A stretch of DNA of 63,391 nt, filler included, from Kipferlia bialata (Eukaryota): NCBI GenBank assembly GCA_003568945.1. It is 7 parts of 6 records of this genome, joined end to end, with 100 filler letters (N's around TTAATTAATTAA, not from the genome) between each part and the next. Parts side by side here need not be neighbours in the genome. Positions count along the whole stretch, not along the records: positions 12,405 to 15,874 come from BDIP01001102.1; positions 15,975 to 22,983 come from BDIP01001102.1; positions 23,084 to 35,373 come from BDIP01001103.1; 4 more parts are not named here. One strand, 5' to 3'. Shown piece after piece: positions 12,845 to 26,330 of the stretch. Positions within the stretch are counted from its first letter, which is position 1, and the number at the start of each line of letters is the position of its first letter. The notes beneath the pieces were generated by a model, which worked only from the letters and a program-made list of their open reading frames with translations, had not been told where the DNA came from and ran no database searches. The position numbers were made by a program, and so were the translations under genes.

Positions 12845-13956
12845 TCACTGCCTGGGTGCCATGTGCATGAGGTATGAGGACAGGAACCTCAGTCCACACA
12901 GATCAGACAGACGCGTCAGCCTGGGGTGGGTAGGGGGTGATATTGGCGAGTACTATGTGGTATAAGGTATGCTCACCCTGACACCAGTGGTATGAAGAAT
13001 GCATGGCGCTGGGCCTCGTACTCATCGGCCTCGGGGTGACGCCAGGATCTGGGGGTGGGAGGAGTGTATCCCTACAGGGCCTGGTTTACCAGAAAGACAG
13101 GCACCGGCGGTGACTCACAACCATATACTACAGTGTAGTAACTACACCCTCACCTGCTCCAGCCATATGTCGCCTCCTCGACCTGTCTCTGTAGCGTCGC
13201 CTGCTGCCTCCACCTCTGCTCCCTGTCCTGGCGGCACTAAGGGTAGGAGGGAATGGGTACTATATTTCGCATTGTAGCGATCCTTACATAGAGATCACCA
13301 TACCCTAGTGTGACCAAACACTGTAGCGTTACTGGCCACCAGCAGTATACCCCTCATCAACACAGACTGCATCGCTGGGGGTGAGGTGTTGCTTGGCGCA
13401 TGGGTGTGCGCATCACATGGCTAGTAACATGATGAAAGTCCTCCACATGCCCACGGCAACTCCCTAAGAGTATAGACTTCTACATAACCATGTATCTCCC
13501 CACCTGCCACTGGCCCCTTGGGTGATGTCAGCAGACTAGGTACAGTGTCCTCAGCATCAGGTCTAGAGACAGTCAGGGCGGCCTAGAGGGTGAGAGGGGA
13601 AGGGGACAACGGCACTTAAGCGTCTCAGTTTCTACTGCCCTTCCCCACCTCTCTGTCTGCTTGTGATAGAGACTGCAGCCACTCAATGTATGTCTCCAGC
13701 TCTAGAAGGTAGGTGGACTGGGGTTAGGGAGAGACACGGATGTACACCATGCTCTGTAGAGGGATGTAATATCTGTTTGGGATGACAACAATGATTGAGA
13801 CAGGCCACACGACGTAGTTGGTGTTCTAAGACAAGACTTAACCTCACCTGCTCCCCAGGGTCAGTGGACAGTATCAGCGTCCATTCGTATTTATTGGACA
13901 GAAAATGTGTCTATATAACCATTCAGAGTATCTGCTATCTTGATCCACTGGTCCAT
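12845..13956 (-). CDS. Hypothetical protein, 7 exons, with an apparent 1-nt frameshift in exon 1 (possible pseudogene or sequence error)
   Basis: GT-AG exons splice in frame: STYLLELETYIEWLQSLSQADRE|AALTVSRP...|AMQSVLMRGILLV...|CRQDREQRW...|SWRHPEADEY...|LTRLSDLCGLRFLSSYLMHMAPRQ*. Exon 1 MDQWIKIADTLNGYIDTF joins only if one T of the T4 run (13902-13905) is removed. Confidence 0.55.
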
Positions 13957-14539
13957 ATATAACGGCAGTCAACCTTCGAATCAGCCTCAGGGTTTCCCAC
14001 CACGCATCAAACCCCATGAGCTCGATCTCTTCCTCCATTCCTTCAAGGATTTAAAATTTTATCCTATCGTCATCGTCATCGTCATCGTCATCTGCACTAC
14101 ACTAAGAGATCTGACTAAAGTCATGTCTTTGGTGTGAATTGGACCCCCACTATATTCACCGGTTGCAATTTCAGGCGGCTTGGTCAGACTGAGTATCTTT
14201 CAACACTAAGAGGGAGCACTTCTTTATCCATGCTCAATATCTCTAAACCCAGACCACCAGGACAGAGTCGACATCTACCATCATTCTTTTAGATTGGAAA
14301 CTACTATTGTCACAGTCCTGAGGCATTAAAAACACCAATAACTGAACAAGCTCGACCTACTATACAACAAACAAACATGCCAACGATTGTATCATACACA
14401 ATATCGGCAGTACAATGGTCAGAATGTACAGGGATGGAGGCAAAAGAGCCAATTGAAAGTACCCATGAACACCTGCCATATCCACTCAACCTCATACGGC
14501 GGATGCTTCTGAACAAGGCATACGCCAGAGTAGGCATGC

Positions 14540-15809
14540 CTACACCGAGAGGCCTCTCTGCTCCTTCTGGAGTCTCTTCCTCCTCCTCTCATACAGACCC
14601 AGCACTATCCTAGGGGGTGAGGGGGGTGGATAATGTGCAGTGAGGATAGGCCAGTAGCTATACTCAGACGCCACAGCATGTCAATCTCCTCAAACGACAG
14701 CAAGACTCAAAAGAAGTATACACTTAGTGATACACCTACCTTGGTGTGAAGTATGCGACCACTGTGCATATACAGGGTGTGGTGGCTATGAGGAACAGGG
14801 GACGGACAGAGACATAGGAGGAGCCACTGGGAGGGTGAGAGGTTGGGAGAGAGAGGGGGCGGATGGGTTGGAATAGAGTCTCTCAAGGTATTTCTACCTA
14901 TCAACTAGCCGAAAGTGAAGGGGACATACTCTCTCTGTCTAGATACCCGTATACCACATATCCCTACCTCCCAGGAGTATCACATGAAAAACACCAAATG
15001 CATACACACACATATACAACAGACCCCCTACCTCCCCATGAGTATGTCGAACAGTGCATTGCACACCGTGGGTACCAGCCTAAGCACAGGGATGGGGAAG
15101 GCCAGCCAGAAGTATCTGTCAGGTGAGTGTGTGTCTGATGCAGTGCCATCCGGCGAATATGTCTTCAAGGAATATCCGTCTATTCTAAGCATCCATCCAT
15201 GGTCTAAGAGTGTAAGAGTCTCTATAAAATACACATACACATACCTATCTAGAGGGTCAACTGGTGTGGCCCTGATCTTCTCCCCTGACACCTTCATGGT
15301 CCTGATGATCCTGGGGTTATACATGATATACAATATAATATATTCTATATACCTTAATCTATAATATAGTATTACATACAGTATGTCTGATACCTTCATG
15401 GCCCTGACCGTGGACCGGGGTATACTGCAATATACACCCACTCATCCCAGGCCTCATCCCCACGTAGAGGTATCAGAATCAGAATCAGTATTGGAAGATT
15501 ATACACTATATCCTCATTATACATTCTGACCCTACCTCAGCCCCACATACAGGTACACGAGTGTGACGCATGTGATCAGCAGGATGGGGACCTCGTAGTA
15601 CACAAAGCCTGGGTGGGTAGCATCAGGTGATTACACTTGCTAGTCATCCATATATATAATAACTCCGTACCGTAGTGCCTCCCCTCCATTTGGACCCATA
15701 CACAAACATGTGTCATACTACAGTAGCATATATAGAAATACACTTATACATATCCGATATCTGCGTACCGTAGTGCCTCCCCTCCATCTTGAACCAGCAG
15801 GGATCAAGG
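14540..15809 (-). CDS. C-terminal half (ECL2, TM5-TM7) of a cAMP-receptor/GCR1-like 7TM protein, 5'-truncated
   Basis: Spliced: LDPCWFKMEGRHYGFVYYEVPILLITCVTLVYLYVGLRIIRTMKVSGEKIRATPVDPLDRYFWLAFPIPVLRLVPTVCNALFDILMGSGSSYVSVRPLFLIATTPCICTVVAYFTPRIVLGLYERRRKRLQKEQRGLSV*. CW motif, three hydrophobic helices, basic tail. Confidence 0.6.
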
Positions 15810-16217
15810 CTGGGGGGTGAGACAAGTAAAGGGGGGGGGGGGGGGGGTAAAAAAAAAGAGGAATTTTTTTTTAANNNNNNNNNNNNNNNNNNNNNNNNNN
15901 NNNNNNNNNNNNNNNNNNTTAATTAATTAANNNNNNNNNNNNNNNNNNNNNNNNNNNNNNNNNNNNNNNNNNNNTTTCCCCCCCCCCCCCTCCCCCCCCC
16001 CCCCCCCCCCCCCCCTAGTGCACATAGTTGCTCTGCACACAAGTAACGATACTAGTATATTTACGCCTTCCACTCTTTCTGTTTCTCAGGGGGTTGCCCA
16101 AGCTGTGTATACTGTTCCCCTCACCTCTGTCTCTCTCTCTATGTCTCAGCCGCACTTTCATTGCTGTCAGTTTACTCATGTCTCTATCCCACCCTCTCCC
16201 CCCTCTCTAATCATCAG

Positions 16218-17459
16218 ATGTTCTCTCCAAGCTTCCATTCCACGTTCGGGATGCCTACACTACACTGAACACATTAAGACGAGAAAATGGTGCACAGGCA
16301 CTATCCAACGAGGTATGTGTTAGCAGTACTGAATCAGTACTGTGTAGTTTATCACTGTGTCACAATACACGAGGGTAAATACAAAATGTATGGCTAGATA
16401 CATCTCTCTTCATCTGCCTTACTCTTTGTCAATCTGCCTTCCCCCTCTACCTACTAGAATGATGTGGTATACTGACAATATCAATATACTTTCAACCACC
16501 AAGTCCCTACTCCTAGCTCTCATTTCATCTATGTCTCTCTGTGCTATTTGTTTAGTACCCTAGGGACCCTAGGCTTTGGTGTCCTCAGAAAAGAGGAATT
16601 CTCTCTCTGTCTCTCTCTGGATAGATATTTGTGTACTCTCTCACTCCAGGAACTCATGTTGCTGGGCATTGTAGACAACTGCCTCAATGACAATATGCCT
16701 CTCTCTCAACCTCCAAATATGTACCATCTGTGTGCGTGTACATATACTTCCTCTACACTCACTCACCTTAGGAACTTGGCGTGCTTGGAGAATTAGACGA
16801 CTACCTCCATAGCTATGTCCACGAAGCAGTGGAGAGTGTCCGCGCCTTATTCACCCAGCAGCCCAGAATGCTGCCTTACTACCTGGCACAGAACCCAGAG
16901 ATACTGTACGTAATTGTTATATATCTAACTACATACATTCTGAATACAATGGTTAATATATGTAGTGTTCTTTTATATATGACATTGGTGCCTGGCACAA
17001 AACCTAGATTTACTGTACCTCAATCTGATTATTGCCTAGCTGATACTAGCTGCATGCGTACACATTTCGTATTTTCAGCATATGATATTTGCTCGTGGCA
17101 CTGATTCTCTTCAATGACAATTGCACTTCAACTCACTTCTAGCCACCCATTAACAGGAGAGAAGGACGTACCTGAGGGAGAGGGGAGAGCTGCTATTATC
17201 ATTGAGGCGGGAGAGCAGGGGATTGAGAGCTACATGGCCAAGCTCACCATTGACTCCACTGTGGTGCCAATGGGTATGAACGAGTTTGCAGTGCTCAGTG
17301 AGGATACAACGGAGCTCACACTTTGCAGGCTCAGGAGGTATATATATACAGATACATGCCCAATGGTATACACACACATATATATATAACTAATACTCAC
17401 ACTCTGCAGGCTCAGGGGGCATGTAGAGATATATAAGTATAGGTGTACTGCACCTATAA

Positions 17460-17499
<40 letters not shown>

Positions 17500-19341
17500 A
17501 CATTCAGTATCAGCGGTACCAATGGAGTATTCAACCATACCTCTCTGTCACTCTACATACATTCAATACAGTATTATATATATGTATATATATATGCTAA
17601 CGACAGAGAAGGCACAGTGTCCCATGAGATATAGGTGCCAATTTCAGTAATTAGTTCATATCCCTCTGTCTGTATATAAAGTAAATTACTATATATTGGA
17701 TATAATATACCATAGTCGGTGTATCAATACTAATGTTAGTGATGACACAGTGTCCTATGAGACTATTATATATACATATTTGCATTCTATATTATATAGT
17801 ATATATATGCCTATATATACCTATTCTATAATATATATAGTATATATACCTAATGTCAGTGATGGCACAGTGTCCTATGAGACCATTACGGCCCCAGGGA
17901 GGGCAAGGGGGGACTACCAGGATGTAGGTAGGGACACTGCAAGTATGTATCAGGGGTATCAAGTTGGTACAATACCAGTGTACTATAGACACTACTTCTC
18001 TGTTTACCGTACTATATATACTATATAAACTATATATCTATCTCCGCTCACACAGGCCTGGCACATCTCAATGGGGAGCTCTACCTGTGCATGGATACGG
18101 TAGTGCAGTGTCTGTCCCTGGACACAAGGTATGGGTCTAGTCAAGTACTATAGTGAGTATTGAACAAGGAGTATTATTGAGAATATGGTATTTGAAAAGA
18201 AGTCTCCCGTATCAGCTTCCGTGCTATTGCGTATCCTAATGTGTGTTGCCTAAAACCCCAGAGAATGGCGCCCTGTCTGGAGGGGTGCCAAGAGAGGCCA
18301 AGGCAGGGATGGATACAGAGAACTGGAGGTGGGTACAGCCGGAAAGAAACCTTCGTGTCTGGATATACGTATGACTTACCCTTCCAGGTCTTGGGCTCCT
18401 CTATCTTTGGTTACAACCACAACTGCGAGCTGTATCGTTTCGACACTGAGAGGCCGTCTGAAGGGTTCAGAATCTCTGAGCTCCCGTGTCACTCTTACAC
18501 AGGGACCTACGTTAAGGTATCCGAATTGGTTATGTACATCTCTATTGCTATTGCCGGTAACAGTTCTTATCACAGGGAATTCGCACCATTCACGATGAGC
18601 TCTACATCATTGTGAAGCAGACCCAGGGGGGGCAGTACGGGTATATGAGGTACGCATACATAAACGTATACACATACGCGCATATGTATCCATGTCTCCA
18701 TAGCGGAGGTTCATCCTAGGCTTACCGAGGAGGGCTTGTATTCACATGTCTGCTGGTGTCCGAACGGTGTGTCTCTGAAGACCCTGACGTGGGAGAGGGA
18801 GAGAAATGCCCGGTTTGGAATGGACCTTTGGTGTCCCGCAGAGAACCTGACGTTGACCGAGGCTGCTGGAAGGTGCCTCGTGCTGCGGTTCGAGGATGAA
18901 GACAACATGTACATCCAGAGGTACCAAGGAGTTACAGATACGAGTGTATGTTTGTTCTGAGTGTGATTCAGCTGAACTGATTGTGATTCTACTGCACTAC
19001 TCTGACCTCCTAGGTACTCTCTGGACACGATCTCTGGCGAGTGGCAGGTGCTAGGCCTAGAAAGGGGTCTCACAGGGAGAGAGGGGGAGACCCAGATCGA
19101 CAGCCTTGTCCCACTAGCCCCAGGCATCAGTAGCCTGGCTATGAGTGGACGCCGCACAGTGATGTGCGACCTCAGTGGACTAGTCTACCCTGGTGAGTGT
19201 GTCGACGGGCTGCACTGGGGAGTAGTGGGTGCGGCAGTCGACGTATACCCTGAGAAGGGTAGGGAGACACAGAGTGGGAGGGAGATTGAGAAGGAGAGAG
19301 TGGTTCTGAGGGTCGATCCAGAGTTTGATATGGAGTTCTAG
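16218..19341 (+). CDS. Kelch-like beta-propeller family protein, multi-exon, 5'-truncated, possible frameshift near 18340
   Basis: Blade-like motifs AHLNGELY...LSLDTREW, VLGSSIFGY...LYRFDTE, YSLDTISGEW and C-terminal VLRVDPEF; canonical splice sites. Confidence 0.6.
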
Positions 19342-19650
19342 ACCGAGCGGAGGTTTGCCCATAGTATGATTGGAACAACGAGGTTCTCCAGTGAAACTAG
19401 ATAGGACTGATTCTTAGGGGGGAAACGTGACATTCAACACGGTGGGGTTGATGATACTTGGCTGATGCACAAAGAGTCTTAGAGCGTTATAGATCATGGA
19501 CATAATGTAGAATACAGTTTTACTGCGTATGCAGTTTCACCCAAATCTATTGAGAATGAAATGGACATTCATGCACATCAGGTCCCTTCCATGGACGCAC
19601 TTTTCATGTATTTGGATCCAATTCACATGTAGATAGTACTATACTATAAT

Positions 19651-20717
19651 CTATTCATCGTCTCCTGTCAGTATCACCACTGTGCTTGGAGGACACGTTG
19701 CCCACTCTAGGTCAGGGTGAGGGTAGCACATATCAGGGTCACATGTGACAAGGATACACCCACAGATGGAGGAAGACACTAGGGCCTCTCCGTCAACGGC
19801 CTGTGTACACTGTTGTATCCGAGTGAGCCTCCCTCCCTTCTCTGACATGTCAGACATCATACCCCAGTGGACCCACTCGCCACTGATAGTGTCGTACGCA
19901 TATACTGCCCCACGCAACTTGGGTACGCCGACGAGGTAGTGCCCGTGCTGCTGAGGTTATACATTACAGGTGGTACAACATGTTGATATCGCACAATACG
20001 ACAACGCAGGAGTCTAAGAAGTAGATGTATGCACCATGACTGTATGTGACAGTCTCTTACCATGAGGAAAGTCTCAAAAGTAAGCAGAAACGGTGAGGGG
20101 CCAACTCTGTTCCATCCATCCTGGAGGGAAAATGTATACAGAATGGCCTTTGAGCCAAAGTTTGGCTTGGGGTTTGCGAGAACATAGGCTGTTGAGTTTC
20201 GAACTGCAACACGTAAGGACTTAGCTTCGTCCATGAATGGAGAAAGAGCCAGTTCTCTCCACTCGTCTTCCTCTGTGCTGTAGCTCCATACATCTGCGTA
20301 CCCGGAGCTAGAGTAGGATATGCCAACCAGAATGATGTGGCCATCTAGTGGAAACGCTACAGGGTCCACAACACTAATGGGTGCTGCCTTACTTAAAACA
20401 GACAGTCTCTCCTCGCAGGTGCCGGAATCCAAAGCACAGTGGCACATCTTGTAGTGGCGGTAGTTACCACTATAAGACGTTGCGAGTGCATATATGTCTG
20501 TGCCCTCGCTAACAAGTGTCTGAGACATCGGAAGCTTGATAGTACTCCCACTCTCCTTGTGATTCCCATACAGGCCCCCACTCTGCCTTGTGAGCAGAAA
20601 TAGACCATCATTTGTGACCACAGCCACTCTAGAGGAACCCAAGCCAATGGTGTGGGTTACAAACCATCTGTTTGGAAAGACATTGGGGGCCGTACGCAGA
20701 CGAGTAACGGGCGGCAT
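19651..20717 (-). CDS. Kelch-like beta-propeller family protein (2 exons; intron 19951-20060)
   Basis: MPPVTRLRT...FPLDGHIILVG...VWSYSTEEDEWREL...FLM|QHGHYLVGVPKLRGAVYAYDTISGEW...VTCDPD; removing the 110-nt GT-AG intron joins the two ORFs. Confidence 0.75.
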
Positions 20718-20925
20718 GGCCTCTTGAATGAGGTGGATTGAAGAAGAGCCGAAATGGGGGGAGAGAAAGATTGGGTAGGAGTGATAGAGCGGCAACGAGC
20801 ATCTCGGTATGGTATCATCAGTATCGGGTATCTAGTGCCATACTGTTGAGTGAGTTGTCTTACGGTTACTGTAGCACCAGGTCACCTCACCTCTCTTGGG
20901 TCTGTCAAGAACGCTGGAGATATCC

Positions 20926-22983
20926 TCAGCGCCGGAGTACCAAATGAAGGCACACCACAAGCACTCTGCTGTCTAGTCTAGTTCAGTACCTCAAGTCCCA
21001 ATGATCCCACTGAGTGCAAGAAGCACAATACCATTTGCTGTCATCCCTATTCATATAGTATTCTTCTTTGTGAATGTGTGTTTGCAGAGAGAGAAACAGA
21101 GCGAAAGGGGACCCGGAGTGAATAGAAGGGAACTCTATACATACACAGAAGTGACCAAGACTGAGTAACTGACTTGGAAAAGGGTATCCTCCGCCTCCAT
21201 AGCTGAAGATTGTGACGTCTCTTGTGTCGTTAGAACAAGTATAGAATGGACACGAACGAGTCTCTCCCTCAGTTGAAGAAGAGTGTGACGTGTTCTGTCC
21301 CCTTTGAGACAGGTGGGGAGACACATACTGGGTGAGAAAAGTGAGAGACAAAGAGCGGTAGAGAAGGCAGTGACACACACTGGATGAGAAGAGAGAGAGA
21401 GAGCAAGCGAGAGATGAGGAGACACACTGAAGTAGTTTGAATGCTTTAGGTACAGAACATCTAGTGTTACCCTCAACAATGGGTCTTGCACATATACCTG
21501 TGTCGACGGCGGGATCTGTATCCTCAGAGCTCTCACACTCTAGCGTGAGGACAACAATAGCAAATACCTACAGATACACGAACGGAAACACATATCAGTG
21601 TTCTTGAAAGGTGCATAGATCTTGTATTGAATTGTATACCTGTAACACCCTCTAGCACCTCAGACTTTGATCCGTCTCCCTTGAGGTATGTGCAATCCTC
21701 CTCTGCCATGGAGGAGAGATAGAGCTTGAAGGCAGCCTGAAGTCACGAAACACTCGCTAACACTATATGCACATATGAGTATCCGAGGTTGGGCGATTAT
21801 TATCCTGCACATAGTATATATAGTATACATATAGTATATATATATATGCATATATTGTATATATACATTTGTGAATATATATACATATATTCAGTACCTG
21901 TTCTCCCCCACATGCTCCGCTGGCAATGACGTGCTGTAGCCTAGTGTCAGTGTTATAGCAATGAATTCAAGAGAAGGAGCATCCCATACGTGTTACCAAT
22001 GAAGACAGTGTCTCAATCATACATGATATACATATAGAGAGAGAGATCGAAAGACATCGTCTCTGATACCTGTCCAGCCGAGTCTCAAACTCTCTGCCAC
22101 ATGTGTGACAAGGGAAGGTGGACCCATGCAGGCCATGGTGGGAGGCCTCGTGGTGCAGAAGGTTCTGAGGTCAGAAGAGGATATATTTACATATATTTAC
22201 ATATATATATGTGTGTGTGTATATATATATATAGAGAGAGAGAGAGATGCCATGCTGGGAGGCCTCGTGGTGCAGAAGGTTCTGGAAGGTCAGATAGTAT
22301 TAGGCCAGGAAGTATCACAATATCAAAAGAATAGAGCGTGTACAAATGAAAAAATATATAGACATAACATTGTCAAGCGGTAACCGACACAAGGAGTGGA
22401 ATGTTCCCATATATGCCCCATATATATATAACTGGAAAGGTGTACGGTAACACAATAGATCCACACTGGGCCATATACGTACCCATACACTTACGATCAA
22501 AAGCTCGGTACGAGGTAAGTACTACATTGAGAATAGAGTAACGAACCTTCAATGAATCAAAGAAGGAATCGCACTCATCGCAATGAAAGATTGCGATCCT
22601 GCATAACTCCTCCTTCTGGCGCACTTCAAGGAGATTCTCTTCCTTGTGGGACGCATGTTTCTCACTTCCCACTCCTGCCTGTTTCTCCCGTCTCTCTTTC
22701 TCCTTCCTCTCCCACTGCTCAATCACCTTCTGCTGTCTCTCAATCTCCTGTCTCGCCTCCACCAGCATAGCTGCATTCTCTTGCGCTATCACAGACTGCT
22801 CACAGCTCTGTACATACAGGGCACCATACTCCGTCGACTCCTCCCACTCAGGGTGAGCCAGCAACAACTCTCCGTACTTCCTCTGAAGCCTCATCGACTC
22901 CTGTTTCTGCTTCTCCTTATACGCAGCTACAGCCAGGGGTGCCAGAATGGATCCAGTCTGGACTGAAGCCAAACTGGATCGCC
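20926..22983 (-). CDS. C2H2-type zinc-finger protein with coiled-coil, 5'-truncated
   Basis: Spliced FHCDECDSFFDSLK|NLLHHEASHH and FPCHTCGREFETRLDR|LQHVIASGAC; upstream E/K/Q-rich helix; the 3' exons are less certain. Confidence 0.7.
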
Positions 22984-23090
22984 NNNNNNNNNNNNNNNNN
23001 NNNNNNNNNNNNNNNNNNNNNNNNNNNTTAATTAATTAANNNNNNNNNNNNNNNNNNNNNNNNNNNNNNNNNNNNNNNNNNNNCATGTAC

Positions 23091-24671
23091 CTCATCTCCT
23101 TGAGTGCACTATCCACCCCCTCACTGTGCTGTGTCTGTGTCTGTCTGATGGCACTGACTGACTCATGTGCCGCAGTGCACTGGGTGGACAGGACAGAGAC
23201 AGAGGCCTCAACCCCAGTCTGGTACTCCTCACACACACGCTGCGCAGTGGCCTGGGTGAGTGTAAGCATATAGCATATATATATGCACTGTCTCCAAATA
23301 TATTATAGTATATTTGAAATGTATATCATAGTGCACCCTGTACCTGGCTGTCCTCGTGGCACTGTACCCTGCACTCTGCCACTATATACCCAATATATAT
23401 ACATATATATACATATGATGCATAGTATCTATCTATATATATATATATATCTATATATATATACATGTATATATCCTCTACCTGACTATCCTCGTGGTAC
23501 TGTGCCTTACACTCTGCCACTATATACTCAATACGTATACTCATATCTATATATGAGGCATTGTATCTCTATATACATGTATATGTCCTCTACCTGACTA
23601 TCCTCGTGGCACTGTGCCTTACACTCTGCCACTATAAACTCAATATATATACACAATATATGTATGATGTATACTATATATATACTATATACTATATACT
23701 ATATATATACTATATATATACTATATACTATATATACCTGACTATCCTCGTGGCACTGTGCCCTGCACTCTGCCACTGATGCCACCACCTTGTCATGGGA
23801 CAGGGACAGGGCATGGGTGGAGTCCTGAGGGGGTAAGTATTCAGAGCATACAAATACATATGCATATATATGTGTATGAATATGTATGAACCAGGGCATG
23901 GGTGGAGTCCTGGGGGGTAAGTATTTCGGTGTTTTCTGTATATATCCACTAATCTATATACCTCCAGTGCCAGCACCCTCCCCTTGACACTAGTAAGAGA
24001 CTCTGTCAGGGCGGCCTCTCTCTGCCTGGTCTCCCCCTCTGCCTCTCTCTCTCTCTCCCTGTCACTGTCTCTCTCCTGCTCCACACTGAGGGGGTCAGAA
24101 TAATACAATCAATTACCACACACATATATATACATATATATACAACATATACTATCATTGTCCCTCTCCTGCTCAACACTGAGGGGGTTAGACAAGTTGT
24201 ACATGATACATATATCACTCTAACCATCAACCCATACCTAGCCGCCAGGGCTGTGAACGATGTCTCGAGCTGTCTCCTGGTGACTGCAACAAGGGTCCTG
24301 GGGTGAGACCATACATACCTACATATACCTACATGTATACATATAACATAACATACCTTATGCTAGTTATCTCCTTGACCACCCTGTCTCTCTGTGTGTT
24401 CAATGCATCACGGGCAGAGGCAGAGGCAGACGCCATCTGGTCCTGGGGTTTAGAGGCATGTGTATCTATATAGAGTATCAAAATACTACTAGTGATACTC
24501 TCTACTATACACATATATACCTATATATACTTAGAGACAGATACAGACGCCATCTGGTCCTGAGGGAGACATACTTGTGTGTATTAGAAGAGTAGCACAA
24601 TATAGAAACAGTAGTGGAAATCTATGCTGTACCTTGTGAGCGCTGAGTGTCTGCTCCACCCCTGTCAGATG

Positions 24672-24723
<52 letters not shown>

Positions 24724-25632
24724 TCATATATCTATATATACAATACTATATACCTTGTGAGCACTGAGTGTCTGCTCCACCCCTGTCAGCTGTCTGTCAG
24801 TCTCAGAGGAGGCAGCCTCCAGGGACCTGGGGTGGGAATATACACTCAGTATACACACATATATATATATACTATACGGTAGTATGATACTATATACACA
24901 TTGAGTCTCAGAGGAGGCAGCCTCCAGGGACCTAAGGGTTAGAAGATATAGTTCACTGGTTGTATATATTAATTCCTAAATTGTATAAACTATATGAAAT
25001 GTACTATATATACACTGAGTCTCAGAGGAAGCAGCCTCCAGGGACCTGGGGTGGGAATATACTGAGCATACATACACACTAATATGTATATACTCCCATA
25101 TATACCTGAGTGCGGACTGGTGCTTGCCAAGGGACTGGGACAGGTCCTGGGGGTGGGTATGTATACTAGATATGAATACATACTATACTATATACACGTA
25201 TATACTCATGGATATATATCCTTCACATATGAAGGGACTGGGACAGGTCCTGGGGGTGAGAGGGGGGACACACTCCATACACCCATAATACCAATTACTT
25301 GAGCTATACTCTATCCACACATCTACCCATACCTTGAACTGCCTAACTATATATACATACTAACTATATACATATACCATACATATATCCATACCCATCC
25401 ATATCATACCTTGAACTGCCTGCCCTGGACTGTCTCGAGTGCCTCTACCACATACTATATAATAATAACTATCAGTACTATACATACTATGCTATAGACT
25501 ATATGTCTATACCCATCTCACCTTGAACTGCCTGCCCTGGGCAGTCTCGAGTGCCTCTATCTCTCTGTTGAGAGATGCCATGGCATCCGCGATGGAGGTC
25601 TCAATCAGAGTGGTGAACTGGGGGGTGAGTAC

Positions 25633-25667
<35 letters not shown>

Positions 25668-26162
25668 GGGGGAGAGAGAGAGAGTGAAGCCAACAGATAC
25701 CAGAGGACACAAATATATGTATGAGAACACGCAAGTGCTGCGTATGCAATAATAGCAATAATATCCCTATTAGCAGTCAAGACTCACCAAGAGAAAGTGA
25801 GAATGTGAGACAAGACTCAGTGACACATGGCAATACACAACATACCACAGCCAGCTACCCCAATTCACACCTCAACATGTTCTATATATACATATATTAG
25901 TTATATCACAGCATTTTGAGGTGGCTTGGACACATTGAGACTGGAGTGACAATATGTCAGAATATCAAAACCCAGCAAAGTAATGACCCAAACCGAGTCT
26001 AAATACTCAGCAGCAACCACATAGCACCTATATCCACCTCCCCATGGGTCTACATGCTCTGCTACAGCCTATAAGAGGATAAACAAGATCCAGACTCACC
26101 TTTGTCTCAGCCTGGGCGTCACTCTCCTCCAACTGAGACACCCTGGACTCTAGGGGCGCCAT
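23091..26162 (-). CDS. Coiled-coil protein, at least 9 exons, 3'-truncated
   Basis: MAPLESRVSQLEESDAQAETK|FTTLIETSIADAMASLNREIEALETAQGRQFK|...|ATAQRVCEEYQTG...; heptad-like composition; all junctions GT-AG in frame. Confidence 0.75.
23341..23632 (-). repeat. Three intronic copies of an exon end plus donor in the coiled-coil gene
   Basis: GTGGCAGAGTGYARGGYACAGTRCCACGAGGAYAGYCAG|GTA copies of 23737-23776. Confidence 0.9.
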
Positions 26163-26330
26163 GTTAGGCGTCGATGGGCCTCTTCGGCGAAGCATATCAG
26201 TGAACAACCACGCTGTTCCTGACTTGAAAGGCCTGTCCCGGCTGTGCCTTGAGGGTTTGGGTCAATGGTCTGTTTTTGGCTCTGAAAGAGCACTCTCACT
26301 CAGTCTCTTTTGGCAACACTCAGTCATCCT

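Noticed and set aside
13861..13863. In-frame TGA suggesting selenocysteine or readthrough
   Set aside because: It disappears when the correct phase-0 acceptor (CTAACCCCAG) is used.
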